This document shows positions 17,116 through 26,411 of a DNA stretch of 64,000 bases, piece after piece. A program made the translations under genes and the position numbers. The DNA comes from Flavobacteriales bacterium. GTDB taxonomy: Bacteria > Bacteroidota > Bacteroidia > Flavobacteriales_D > Sanyastnellaceae. The number at the start of each line of letters is the position of its first letter. Positions within the stretch are counted from its first letter, which is position 1. The notes below the pieces were generated by a model. It did not search any database, was not told where the DNA came from, and was given only the letters and a program-made list of their open reading frames with translations. The stretch covers positions 18,057 to 82,056 of the forward strand of contig NYSX01000012.1 in the NCBI GenBank assembly GCA_002683345.1. The letters run 5' to 3'.

Positions 17116-18935
17116 CTTGGCAGTCGTTCAGAGAACGGGCCAACGTGTGGCTCTATGACAGCAAGGAGCGCGTGCTGGGCACCTTTCAGTGGTTGACGCT
17201 GTTGGTCAACCTCTCTGCCCTTTCTGTTCTGGCGATTTACTACGGCTACGAGCACGACGCAGAGACGTCGGCCTCGTTGTTTGACGTGGTCAAATTCAGT
17301 TTTGGGTTCTACGTCCTGCACTACCTCGTTCGCGTGCTGTATCACTTTCATCCGACCACCTTTTTCAAAGAGACCTGGGCTGAGGGTGTCGTCATGGCCG
17401 TGCTGCTGGTGGAAGGGGTTGGCGACTTGCTGTGGGGCTCGCCTCCCTTGGGACAGGGACTTGCCGTCCTCGTGCCAAGCATTGGCGACTTCAGCACGTT
17501 CTTGGTCCAAGGCTACCTGTTTGTGGCCGTCCTGATGGAGTGGATGCGGCCCGGTTCTCGCCTTCCTCGTGTGCGCCTTCACCCCGCGGTCATCTTCATT
17601 TTGAGCTTTGTGTTGCTGATTGTCGTCGGCACGTGGCTGCTCAGCATGCCCCTCATGTCCACCGTGGAAGGCGGCATGCCGCTCGTGGATGCCTTTTTCA
17701 CCGCGACGAGTGCCACGTGCGTGACGGGGTTGATGAGCGTGGACACCATGACCTACTTCACTTCCAAAGGACATTGGGTGCTTCTGTTTCTCATCCAGTT
17801 GGGCGGTCTGAACTTCATTGCCTTCGGCAGTTTTTTGGCGCTCGCGTCCAAATTTGGGGTGGCTGTGAAACAGCACGACGTGATCGAGGATTTCGTCAAC
17901 AGCGACAGCCTTCTGGGGAGCAGTGGTACCTTGGGAAAGGTGGTCGCTTGGTGCTTGGGGCTGGAGGCGCTGGGCGCGGTGGCCCTCATGGCCTTGTGGT
18001 CCCCGGAAGTTGCCTTCAACGGCTTGGGTGATCGGATTTTCTCGTCTGTGTTCCACAGTGTGTCGGCCTTCAACAACGCGGGCATCACGCTGTTCACCGA
18101 CGGCCTTGCGCACCCCTGGGTGGCCACCAACTGGCTGGTGCACTGGGTCATCACCGTCTTGGTGTTTCTCGGGGCCTTGGGCATGGTGGCAATGTTTGAC
18201 TTGTTTGACCTCCGCAAACTCCGTGAGCGGATGGCGCAACCTTGGAAGACCATTTCTTTCCCCGCCAAAATCGCCCTCTACTTCTCGGTCATCCTCGTGG
18301 TGTTGGGCACCGTGGCATTTGCTGCGCTGGAGTGGAATGGCACCCTTGCGGGCATGTCTGGATTTGGAAAATTCACGACCGCCGTCTTCCAAAGCGTCAC
18401 GCGCACCAGCGGATTCAACACCGTGGACATCAGCGCTGTCGGCATGCCCATGCTGTTCCTCCTTCTCGTCTTGATGTTCATTGGCGCCTCCTCGAGCTCC
18501 ACTGGAGGCGGCATCAAAACTTCGACCCTGGCCATCGTGTTGGCCGACGTTTGGCGCACCGTTCGTGGCGGAGACCACGTCCAAATCTTCAAGCGCACCA
18601 TCAGTGCCGTCTTGCGAAGCCGGGCCTACAGCGTCTTGCTGTTCTTCCTCGTCGGTAACCTCATCGGCGTGTTTGTGCTCACCGTCACAGAATCGGCCTT
18701 GGTCACCTCCGGAGCGTCCACCTTCTTCGATTTGGCCTTCGAACACGTCAGCGCGATGGGCACGGTCGGATTGAGCACAGGCATCACCCCCCTTCTCAGC
18801 GCTGGAGGCAAGGTGGTGCTGGCGGTGGCCATGTTTGTGGGGCGTGTCGGCACCTTGACTGTGGCCTTCGCCGTCGGAGGGCGCACCTCTCATTCTCACT
18901 TCAAATACCCCGAGGGGCATACCATGGTGGGATGA
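17112..18935 (+). CDS. TrkH/KtrB family cation (K+) transporter with N-terminal membrane extension
   Basis: Polytopic, with repeated pore-loop segments (TSATCVTG, SAFNNAG, RTSGFNT, SSSSTGGGIKT) typical of TrkH. The TTG start overlaps the upstream stop, so the true start is uncertain. Confidence 0.8.
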   Translation: MTWQSFRERANVWLYDSKERVLGTFQWLTLLVNLSALSVLAIYYGYEHDAETSASLFDVVKFSFGFYVLHYLVRVLYHFHPTTFFKETWAEGVVMAVLLVEGVGDLLWGSPPLGQGLAVLVPSIGDFSTFLVQGYLFVAVLMEWMRPGSRLPRVRLHPAVIFILSFVLLIVVGTWLLSMPLMSTVEGGMPLVDAFFTATSATCVTGLMSVDTMTYFTSKGHWVLLFLIQLGGLNFIAFGSFLALASKFGVAVKQHDVIEDFVNSDSLLGSSGTLGKVVAWCLGLEALGAVALMALWSPEVAFNGLGDRIFSSVFHSVSAFNNAGITLFTDGLAHPWVATNWLVHWVITVLVFLGALGMVAMFDLFDLRKLRERMAQPWKTISFPAKIALYFSVILVVLGTVAFAALEWNGTLAGMSGFGKFTTAVFQSVTRTSGFNTVDISAVGMPMLFLLLVLMFIGASSSSTGGGIKTSTLAIVLADVWRTVRGGDHVQIFKRTISAVLRSRAYSVLLFFLVGNLIGVFVLTVTESALVTSGASTFFDLAFEHVSAMGTVGLSTGITPLLSAGGKVVLAVAMFVGRVGTLTVAFAVGGRTSHSHFKYPEGHTMVG

Positions 18936-18983
18936 ACCCTGCCCTGAGAACTCCTGTTTCATCTTTGCACCCAAACCACGTTC

Positions 18984-19727
18984 ATGGGCACCCGAATCAC
19001 CCCCTACGTCACGCCTGAAGAGGAAGCGAAAAAGAACCAAGTCGCACGGATGTTTGACGGCATCGCCCACCGCTACGACTTTTTGAACCACTTTTTTTCC
19101 TTGGGCATCGATGTGCTTTGGCGCAAGGCGTGCATCCGCATGCTGCGCAAGGAATCGCCTTCCAAATTGCTCGATGTGGCCACAGGCACCGCCGACTTCG
19201 CGATCGAAGCTGTGCGCATGGGGCTCGACGTTCACGTCACGGGCGTCGACATCAGCGCGGGCATGCTGGATGTGGGGCGCGAGAAGATTGCGGCACGCGG
19301 GTGGAACGACAAGATTGAGCTCATCCAAGGCGACTCCGTGGCCCTGCCTTTCGAAGACGACACCTTCGACGCGTACATCGTCGCATTTGGTGTTCGGAAT
19401 TTCGAAGACTTGCAAGGTGGTCTGGGAGACATGCTCCGCGTGTTGAAGCCTGGCGCGTTGGGCTTGGTGTTGGAATTCAGCAAGCCCAAGCATTTTCCCA
19501 TCAAGCAGGTGTTTGGCCTCTACTTCAAGCACATCATGCCCACGGTGGGCAAATGGGTGAGTAAGGACCCTTCCGCCTACACCTACCTGCCTGAGAGTGT
19601 CCAAGCCTTTCCCGAGGGTGAAGCCTTTCTGGACCAAATGCGCCAAGCGGGATACCGCGACGTTCAGGCGCGCAGCTTGACAGGCGGCATCGCCACGATT
19701 TACACCGGCCGAAAGCCCCAGGCATGA
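18984..19727 (+). CDS. ubiE: demethylmenaquinone / ubiquinone-menaquinone biosynthesis C-methyltransferase
   Basis: YDFLNHFFSLGIDVLWR and the SAM-binding LDVATGTADFAI motif. The 247-aa length fits UbiE/MenG. Confidence 0.9.
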   Translation: MGTRITPYVTPEEEAKKNQVARMFDGIAHRYDFLNHFFSLGIDVLWRKACIRMLRKESPSKLLDVATGTADFAIEAVRMGLDVHVTGVDISAGMLDVGREKIAARGWNDKIELIQGDSVALPFEDDTFDAYIVAFGVRNFEDLQGGLGDMLRVLKPGALGLVLEFSKPKHFPIKQVFGLYFKHIMPTVGKWVSKDPSAYTYLPESVQAFPEGEAFLDQMRQAGYRDVQARSLTGGIATIYTGRKPQA

Positions 19728-21019
19728 TCCTGCGCGTTCTTCCGAGCACCTTGGCGGGCGACACCGTGTGGGCCCCTCCGAGCAAGAGCATCATGCAACG
19801 TGTCGTCGCGCTGGCCACCCTGGCAGAGGGCCGGACGATGATCACGCGCCCTTCCGAATCGGACGACTGCACCCATGCATTGATGATGTCCGCGCAACTC
19901 GGTGCGGAGGTCGAGCTCGGAGAAGATGCCGTGGCCATCCACGGCCATTTCCCTTTGCAACCCCGAGACACCACATTGACCCCGGGAGAGTCCGGATTGG
20001 GACTGCGCATGTTTGGGGTGTTGGCCTCCCTGCACCACGCGCCTCTGACGCTGGAACGCGCGGGAAGTTTGTTGACCCGAAACCTCGACGGCTTGGCCGA
20101 GGCCCTCAGTGCGTTTGGCGTGACGGTCACCCAGACTGCACCTGGCGAACACCCTATCATCCAAGGACCGCTTCGAGGCGGTGATGTGAGCGTGGATGCT
20201 GCAGGAAGCAGCCAAGTCCTGACCGGACTGCTGTGCGCGCTTGCCCATGCCGAGGGCGACTCGGTCTTGAACCTTCACGGCGTGGTCAGCCGTCCCTACG
20301 TCCAAATGACCCTCGAAGTGCTCGAAGACATGGGCATGGACATCGAAATTCTTGAGGAAGATGAAGATGCGCGAACGTTGCTCTTGCGCATCCCTGGCAA
20401 CCAACGGGCCCAAGCCCGAGACATGGCCATCGATGGAGATTGGTCCGCAGCCGCGTTCCTGTTGGGGCTCGGCGCCCTGTGCGCTCCCCATCACCTGAAT
20501 GTGGAAGGCCTGCACAGCACCTACACCCAGGCAGACGAGGCCATCAAGGGCGCCTTGCTGTTTGGGGGTTGTCGCTTGGCAGGCACGGACGAAGGCGTTC
20601 AGGTCATGGCGGGCAAGCCCAAATCCTTCACCGTCGACCTCACCGACAGCCCCGACCTCTTCCCTCCGCTGGCTGCGCTCGCGGCCTTTGGCAAAAAGCC
20701 AAGCAGGCTCAAGGGCCTCCATCGGCTCGGAAACAAGGAGTCCAACCGCGGAAAGGTCATCCAGTCCGAATGGGCCCGTGTGGGCATCCAAGTCGACCTC
20801 GACGAATTGTCAGACACCATGGCCATTCATCCCGGACGCGTTCAACCCGGCCGCATGTCCTCCCATGGTGACCACCGCATGGCCATGGCTGCAGCGCTGT
20901 TTGGGGCTGCAGGTGCGCCCGTGGAAATCGAGGGGGCCGAGGCCGTGGCCAAGAGCTACCCCGCCTTCTTTGACGACCTGGAGGCGTTGGGGGTTCAGAT
21001 TCAGGTGGTGGCAGGCTGA
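19724..21019 (+). CDS. aroA: 3-phosphoshikimate 1-carboxyvinyltransferase (EPSP synthase)
   Basis: PPSKSIMQRVVALATLAEG, LGNKESNR and GDHRMAMAAALFG motifs. The ATG overlaps the ubiE stop (ATGA). Confidence 0.9.
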   Translation: MILRVLPSTLAGDTVWAPPSKSIMQRVVALATLAEGRTMITRPSESDDCTHALMMSAQLGAEVELGEDAVAIHGHFPLQPRDTTLTPGESGLGLRMFGVLASLHHAPLTLERAGSLLTRNLDGLAEALSAFGVTVTQTAPGEHPIIQGPLRGGDVSVDAAGSSQVLTGLLCALAHAEGDSVLNLHGVVSRPYVQMTLEVLEDMGMDIEILEEDEDARTLLLRIPGNQRAQARDMAIDGDWSAAAFLLGLGALCAPHHLNVEGLHSTYTQADEAIKGALLFGGCRLAGTDEGVQVMAGKPKSFTVDLTDSPDLFPPLAALAAFGKKPSRLKGLHRLGNKESNRGKVIQSEWARVGIQVDLDELSDTMAIHPGRVQPGRMSSHGDHRMAMAAALFGAAGAPVEIEGAEAVAKSYPAFFDDLEALGVQIQVVAG

Positions 21020-21765
21020 TCAGAGGACGACCTCGGCTGCTTGAGCGCGACACATGCCGTGGCGGTGGCCCCCATCCCGCCCATCAAGGGCCCCACGGTC
21101 CATGCCAACACAGGCACGGACATCCAAAGCGCAAAGGGAACGCCCACATTCAGGGCCAACCCAAACCGACGCAAAGAAGCTGCCAACCCGGCCCAAGCGC
21201 CCTTTCCCTCTCGCTCCCACACGTAATCCATCACGGAGGCGCCGTACGCCCACGCCCCCAAAATCCAGGCAACCGCCAAGGTGAATGGACTCAGCACAGG
21301 CACAGCGAGGCCGACGGCCCAGAGCATCAACGTCAAGGACCACTCGAACGTGGCAAGAAGTGCGGCGGACCGCAATCCCCGGACGGCGTCTTTGATCCAC
21401 CTTCCCCACGAAAACGACACGGAGGCGCCGGTGATTTGGGTTTCGACAGCTTCACTTACCGCCGCCAAAAGCGGTCCCATCACCACAAGCACGATGTACT
21501 TGGTGAGCTTGATCTTGACCACCAACAGGAGCAACCAAATCAGCCATTCGACAACGGCGGACCACCAGGCGCTCTCCGTCTCTGGACTCCATTTGGACAG
21601 CAGCCACGCGGTCACGCCGTCCGCGGCTGCAGCGATGCCCCACCACCCCAGCGCCGCCAAGGCAAGGGTCAGGGCGGCGCCCGGGATGAACCACCAAGCC
21701 AAAGGACCCCTCAGCAAGGCCCAAGCCTGTCGATGGGGAGATTGCAACGTGCGCCAGGTTCTCAT
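21001..21765 (-). CDS. EI24/CysZ-like integral membrane protein
   Basis: 254 aa with several predicted TM helices. The resemblance to the EI24/CysZ family is from memory only. Confidence 0.4.
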   Translation of the reverse strand: MRTWRTLQSPHRQAWALLRGPLAWWFIPGAALTLALAALGWWGIAAAADGVTAWLLSKWSPETESAWWSAVVEWLIWLLLLVVKIKLTKYIVLVVMGPLLAAVSEAVETQITGASVSFSWGRWIKDAVRGLRSAALLATFEWSLTLMLWAVGLAVPVLSPFTLAVAWILGAWAYGASVMDYVWEREGKGAWAGLAASLRRFGLALNVGVPFALWMSVPVLAWTVGPLMGGMGATATACVALKQPRSSSDQPATT

Positions 21766-21833
21766 GGTGCGAATGTGAGAAAGTGTGTTGGGTTGAAGCG
21801 CACGGCACCACGAAAAGATGTGAACTTTCCCTC

Positions 21834-23210
21834 ATGCGGATTCACCTCATTGCAGTTGGCGGCAGCGCCATGCACAACTTCGCCTTGGCCTTGGCCGATG
21901 CGGGACATCACGTCACGGGAAGCGACGACCAAATCTTTGAACCCAGCCGCGGCCGACTTCAAGCTGCGGGATTGTTGCCCGAGACCGAGGGTTGGGATGC
22001 CGATCGCATCACCCCTGATTTGGACGTGGTCATTCTCGGCATGCACGCCCGAACCGACAACCCCGAGTTGCAACGCGCCCAAGAGCTGGGACTGCGCATC
22101 CAGAGCTATCCGGAATTCCTGCGATTCGCCACCGAATCCAAGCAGCGCATGGTCGTGGCCGGCAGCCATGGCAAAACCACGGTGACGTCCATGATTCTCC
22201 ATGCCCTGCACAAGTCGGGACGCAAGACAGACCTGATGGTCGGCGCACAACTCGAAGGATTTGACCGCATGGTGGATTTGCAAGACCGCCACGAATGGGC
22301 GGTGATCGAAGGCGACGAATACCTCAGCTCCCCCATCGACCTGCGGCCCAAATTCCTCTGGTACGGACCTCACGTCACGGTGGTCACAGGCATTGCGTGG
22401 GACCACGTCAACGTTTTTCCCACCGAAGAGGATTACATCGGCCAATTCGAAGCGTACTTGAACACGGTGCAGCCCGAAGGGGTGGTCATCCACTGCACGG
22501 AGGACGCCAAACTCCAAGACGTGGTGTCCCGCGTGAAAGAACGCCGAACGGACATCCGCTGGGTGGGGTACCACACCCCGCGTCACACGCCGACTTCCAC
22601 GGGTAGCGCGGTCACGTTTGACGACGGAACCGCGTTGGATCTCGCTCTCCTTGGCGCGCACAACATGCAAAACCTGGCCGCTGCCCGTGCGTGTTGCCAA
22701 GCCATGGGCTTGCCCACGTCCGAGTTCGATGCCAACATGGTAGACTTTACGGGCGCCGCGCGAAGGCTCGAAGTAATGCACGACGATGCAGCGCGAGGAT
22801 TTGTGGCGTTTCGCGACTTTGCCCACGCCCCGTCCAAACTCAAGGCCACGCAGGCCTCCGTGGTCGGACAGTTCCCCTCACGAGGGGTTACGGCTGTGTT
22901 TGAGCTGCACACATTCAGTAGCCTCAACAAGACCTTCATTCCCCAGTACAAGGACGCCATGAATGCCGTCGATCACGCCATTGTCTACTTCGACCCCGAC
23001 GTGGTCCGCCACAAGCGACTTCCTGAACTCAGTGCGTCTTTCGTGAAGGAGGCCTTCGGCCGAAGTACGCTCGAGGTCATCACGGACAAGGAGACACTCG
23101 CCCAAAGGCTTGCGAACGTCCCCAACGAAAACCACGTCCTCCTGATGATGAGCAGTGGGCGTTTTGGCGGCGTCGAATTCAGCCCAGCCCCACGTCCAGT
23201 GACATCATGA
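21834..23210 (+). CDS. mpl: Mur ligase family protein, Mpl-like (UDP-N-acetylmuramate:L-Ala-D-Glu-meso-DAP ligase)
   Basis: Trimmed to ATG 21834, giving MRIHLIAVGGSAMHNFALALADAGHHVTGSDD. It has the ATP-binding GSHGKTT motif. Confidence 0.8.
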   Translation: MRIHLIAVGGSAMHNFALALADAGHHVTGSDDQIFEPSRGRLQAAGLLPETEGWDADRITPDLDVVILGMHARTDNPELQRAQELGLRIQSYPEFLRFATESKQRMVVAGSHGKTTVTSMILHALHKSGRKTDLMVGAQLEGFDRMVDLQDRHEWAVIEGDEYLSSPIDLRPKFLWYGPHVTVVTGIAWDHVNVFPTEEDYIGQFEAYLNTVQPEGVVIHCTEDAKLQDVVSRVKERRTDIRWVGYHTPRHTPTSTGSAVTFDDGTALDLALLGAHNMQNLAAARACCQAMGLPTSEFDANMVDFTGAARRLEVMHDDAARGFVAFRDFAHAPSKLKATQASVVGQFPSRGVTAVFELHTFSSLNKTFIPQYKDAMNAVDHAIVYFDPDVVRHKRLPELSASFVKEAFGRSTLEVITDKETLAQRLANVPNENHVLLMMSSGRFGGVEFSPAPRPVTS

Positions 23211-24000
23211 CGATGAATCCACCGATGAAGCCCAAGGTGGCCACATCGGTGTATTTGTCCCGTTGCGTCTCAGGAATCACCTCTTCCACCACCACGTAAA
23301 TCATGGCGCCTGCTGCAAAGGCCAAGGCGTAAGGCAAAATGGGCCGCATGGCCATGACTGCCACCGCGCCAATCACCCCGGCCACGGGCTCCACAATGGC
23401 CGACAACTGTCCATACCACCACGCTTTGCCGCGAGGCACCCCGTCGCGCCTCAAGGGCATGCTCACAGAGAGGCCTTCGGGGAAATTTTGGATGCCGATG
23501 CCGATCGCGAGGGCGACAGCGCCCGCCGTCGTGGCCCCGTCCAACCCAAGGGCCGCGCCGCCAAAGAGGACGCCCACCGCCAATCCCTCGGGAATGTTGT
23601 GCAAAGTGATGGCCAGCACGAGCAAAGTGGTGCGGTGCCAATCCGTCTCAGGTCCTTCTGCCTCGTCTTTGTTGAAGTTGATGTGGAGGTGTGGGGTGAA
23701 TTTGTCCAGCGCATAGATGAACAAGGCCCCGAGGCCAAACCCAATGGCAGGTGGCCCCACCTTGGCGAAGCCCTCACCTCCCGTCATGTCAATGGCCGGA
23801 GCAAGCAGCGACCAAAAACTCGCCGCCACCATCACCCCGCCTGTGAAGCCCAACATGCCGTCGAACAGGCGTCGGTTCATGGATTTGAACGGGAACACCA
23901 AGGCGGCACCCGCAGCCGTCATCGCCCACGTGAACAACGTCGCCACAAGGGCTGAGAACACAGGACCGAGCCCTTCAAACCATTCAATCAATGCTTCCAT
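23179..24000 (-). CDS. ZIP family metal (Zn/Mn/Fe) transporter
   Basis: The HNIPEGLAVG and IQNFPEGLSV motifs and about 8 TM segments resemble ZupT/GufA. Confidence 0.85.
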   Translation of the reverse strand: MEALIEWFEGLGPVFSALVATLFTWAMTAAGAALVFPFKSMNRRLFDGMLGFTGGVMVAASFWSLLAPAIDMTGGEGFAKVGPPAIGFGLGALFIYALDKFTPHLHINFNKDEAEGPETDWHRTTLLVLAITLHNIPEGLAVGVLFGGAALGLDGATTAGAVALAIGIGIQNFPEGLSVSMPLRRDGVPRGKAWWYGQLSAIVEPVAGVIGAVAVMAMRPILPYALAFAAGAMIYVVVEEVIPETQRDKYTDVATLGFIGGFIVMMSLDVGLG

Positions 24001-24625
24001 CGTCTACGGTTTTGCATACCATCAATTGATCAAGCCAGGCGGCAGGGAGGGCCTCAATTTGTGCGGGTGTCAACACACTCCCCAGCGCAATGCCTTTGGC
24101 ACTCATCGCAGAAAGGGTGGCGTCGCTTCCTTCCCGAACTGCTTTGACTTCGCAGCAAACAAGGGGGTCCAATTCTGCCAACACCAGCACTTCCCCTTCG
24201 GGATGAAAGGTCCCGTCTGCCTTGGGAATGGGATCGCCATGCGGGTCGGTTTGGGGATGTCCCAAATACGCATCCAACCGCTCCACCAATGCCACGCTAT
24301 CCACGTGTTCCAGTTGCTCGGCAATGTCATGGACCTCCTCCCATCCAAACCCCAAACGGTCGACCAAAAACGTCTCCCACAACCGGTGCTTTCGAACCAA
24401 GGACAGGGCCAATTTCCGACCCGTCGGAGTCAAACGTGCGCCGTGGTAAGGACGGTGTTCCGCCCATCCGAGTTCCGCCAAAACCTGGACCATCGCAGTG
24501 ACGCTTGGAGGCTTGACCCCCAAATGGGAAGCCATTTGCGTGGTGGATACCCAAGATGACGACTGGGACTCTCCCAAGGCGTACAAGGCCTTCAGATGAT
24601 CTTCACGTTGCGTGCTCTTGGACAT
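23984..24625 (-). CDS. DtxR/MntR family metal-dependent transcriptional regulator with C-terminal FeoA/SH3-like domain
   Basis: N-terminal winged helix (REDHLKALYALGE...VSTTQMASHLGVKPPSVTAMV), a dimerisation/metal-binding region (HRLWETFLVD...HDIAEQLEH) and a C-terminal FeoA-like segment. It lies directly upstream of, and overlaps, the ZIP gene. Confidence 0.85.
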   Translation of the reverse strand: MSKSTQREDHLKALYALGESQSSSWVSTTQMASHLGVKPPSVTAMVQVLAELGWAEHRPYHGARLTPTGRKLALSLVRKHRLWETFLVDRLGFGWEEVHDIAEQLEHVDSVALVERLDAYLGHPQTDPHGDPIPKADGTFHPEGEVLVLAELDPLVCCEVKAVREGSDATLSAMSAKGIALGSVLTPAQIEALPAAWLDQLMVCKTVDDGSID

Positions 24626-24629
24626 GAGG

Positions 24630-24637
24630 CAAAATTA
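24630..24637 (-). promoter_or_regulatory. -7 box TAATTTTG, 4 nt upstream of the DtxR-like gene ATG
   Basis: The reverse complement of 24621..24640 reads tgcTAATTTTGcctcATGtc. Confidence 0.5.
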
Positions 24638-24652
24638 GCACATGACGCATGA

Positions 24653-24672
24653 TTTTTAGATGCGCCTAAAAA
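24653..24672. promoter_or_regulatory. 20-bp perfect-arm palindrome TTTTTAGatgcgcCTAAAAA, candidate metalloregulator operator
   Basis: The arms TTTTTAG (24653..24659) and CTAAAAA (24666..24672) are exact reverse complements. The site lies about 28-47 nt upstream of the DtxR-like start, in the divergent region shared with the sixA-like gene. Confidence 0.45.
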
Positions 24673-24725
24673 TGGTGGTCGTCTTGTCCTTCCATTGTCG
24701 TCTGTTTTGCGCGACCTTGCCTCCG

Positions 24726-25220
24726 ATGAAGCGTTTGTTCATTGTCCGACATGGCAAGGCCCAGCCCCAAAGCGGTGGCTCCGACTTCGATCGGCCCCTT
24801 TCCCCGCAGGGGGAAGCGGATGCCCACACGCTTGGCCAGTGGACCGCCGAAGCGCGCCAACCTGGCGCACCGTTGTGCGTAAGCCCTTCTGTGCGCACGA
24901 CATCCACCGCCCAATGCCTCGTGGACGTGTGGGGAGAACCCTCCTCCCACATTCAATTGGAAGAACAGGCCTACCTCGCCTCCGACCGCGCTTGGCTCGG
25001 GTGGATCAACGCGTGGCCCGATGCGCACGACACCGGGTGGATTGTCGGACACAACCCTGGGCTGAGTGAATTGGTGGAACGGTTGACGGACCAGCCCATT
25101 TGGCTCCCCACTTGTGGCCTTGCCGAAATCACCTTGCATGTCGACGCCTGGGCGGAGGCTTTTGCTGGCACTGGACGTTTGCGCGGATTGTTCACCCCCA
25201 AATCGGCGATGAAACCATGA
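24726..25220 (+). CDS. histidine phosphatase family protein (SixA-like)
   Basis: Trimmed to MKRLFIVRHGKA (RHG catalytic motif). A second His motif is VGHNPGLS. 164 aa. Confidence 0.7.
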   Translation: MKRLFIVRHGKAQPQSGGSDFDRPLSPQGEADAHTLGQWTAEARQPGAPLCVSPSVRTTSTAQCLVDVWGEPSSHIQLEEQAYLASDRAWLGWINAWPDAHDTGWIVGHNPGLSELVERLTDQPIWLPTCGLAEITLHVDAWAEAFAGTGRLRGLFTPKSAMKP

Positions 25221-26308
25221 GCCGTCTGCGCTGGGAATGGTGGGTCGCCGCCGCACTGTTGGTTGCCTTCATGTGGCGCTTCAGTGCCTTGACCCTGTAT
25301 TTTCTGGCTGCTGTGGCCCTCAGCTTCGTCGGCAAACCCATTGTCAATGGCGTGGCCCGTCGGCGCGTTGGTCGACGACAACTTGGCACCAACCTCGGTG
25401 CAGTCGTGGCCCTGACTTTGATCGTCCTGTTCAGTGCTGGGGTTCTGATGTTGTTCGCTCCCCTCGTGCAAGAGCAAGTTCAGGCGCTGGGACAACTCGA
25501 CACTGCGCAACTGACCCAACACTGGAACGAGGCCTTGGCCCTCGTCGATGCATGGGCCGCCGGAATCGACCTGAGCGGCGAAGGCATGCAAAACAGCGCT
25601 TACCTCGCCGAGCAAGCCATGGATTTGGTCCAACTCCACAACGCGAGCGCCCTTTTCTCAGGACTCTTGTCCTCGATTGGGAACGTCTTTGTGACCGGGT
25701 TTTCCGTGTTGTTCATGGCGTTCTTCCTCATGCGCGAACCGACGCTCTTCCGGGACCTCATGCTGACCTTGACACCCGAGTCGAAGCGCGAAGCCATGGC
25801 ACGCATCCTGGAACGGTCTGGGCACATGCTGACTCGGTACTTCGGCGGACTCGTCATCCAAGTGCTGATTGTGACACTCGTCATTGGGCTTGGTCTCACT
25901 TTCCTCGGCATTCCCCATGGCTGGCTGCTTGGATTGCTGGCCGGCTTGTGCAACCTCATCCCCTACCTCGGCCCCTTGCTTGGCGCGGGCGTGGGCGCCA
26001 TTGTGATGATTTCAAGCGGCGTGGATTGGCATGATTTTGCCTGGGCCATGGGTGCATATCTCGCAGCCCAAGCCGTGGACAACGTGTTCACGCAGCCGGT
26101 CATTTTTGCCAAACGCGTGTTCGCCCATCCTCTGGAGATTTTCGTGGTCATTTCTGTGGCGGGAAGTTTGGCAGGGCCCGCGGGCATGGTTTTGGCCATC
26201 CCCACCTACACCTTGTTCCGCATTGTCGCCACCGAATTCTTCCAGGAATTTCCGTGGATTCAAGCCTTGACCCAAAGCATGTCGGCGCGAGAACAGGCCG
26301 ACGGGTAA
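25217..26308 (+). CDS. AI-2E family transporter (PerM/UPF0118)
   Basis: The ATG overlaps the upstream stop (ATGA). The protein is polytopic with a family-typical C-terminal half (GLLAGLCNLIPYLGPLLG). Confidence 0.8.
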   Translation: MSRLRWEWWVAAALLVAFMWRFSALTLYFLAAVALSFVGKPIVNGVARRRVGRRQLGTNLGAVVALTLIVLFSAGVLMLFAPLVQEQVQALGQLDTAQLTQHWNEALALVDAWAAGIDLSGEGMQNSAYLAEQAMDLVQLHNASALFSGLLSSIGNVFVTGFSVLFMAFFLMREPTLFRDLMLTLTPESKREAMARILERSGHMLTRYFGGLVIQVLIVTLVIGLGLTFLGIPHGWLLGLLAGLCNLIPYLGPLLGAGVGAIVMISSGVDWHDFAWAMGAYLAAQAVDNVFTQPVIFAKRVFAHPLEIFVVISVAGSLAGPAGMVLAIPTYTLFRIVATEFFQEFPWIQALTQSMSAREQADG

Positions 26309-26384
26309 GGGCATTGTGAATGCGCCGTGAACAACTCGATGCGATTTGACGCGGGTCGTCGTGACGGCAAGAGGCTTCATGGTC

Positions 26385-26392
26385 TACCTTTG
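26385..26392 (+). promoter_or_regulatory. -7 box TACCTTTG upstream of pyrG (19-nt spacer containing a palindrome)
   Basis: gtcTACCTTTGaatCCCGTAACTACGGGacATG. The 13-mer CTACCTTTGAATC also occurs at 29263..29275. Confidence 0.5.
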
Positions 26393-26411
26393 AATCCCGT
26401 AACTACGGGAC

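Noticed and set aside
16878-19646. 922-aa minus-strand ORF spanning the sugar kinase, TrkH and ubiE genes.
   Set aside because: It is codon-aligned with the sense genes: its codons occupy the same triplets as the trkH and ubiE codons on the opposite strand. Antisense stops would require sense TTA, CTA or TCA codons, which this GC3-rich genome avoids. The composition is R/H/G/A-rich, there are no motifs, and all three sense genes have strong family signatures.
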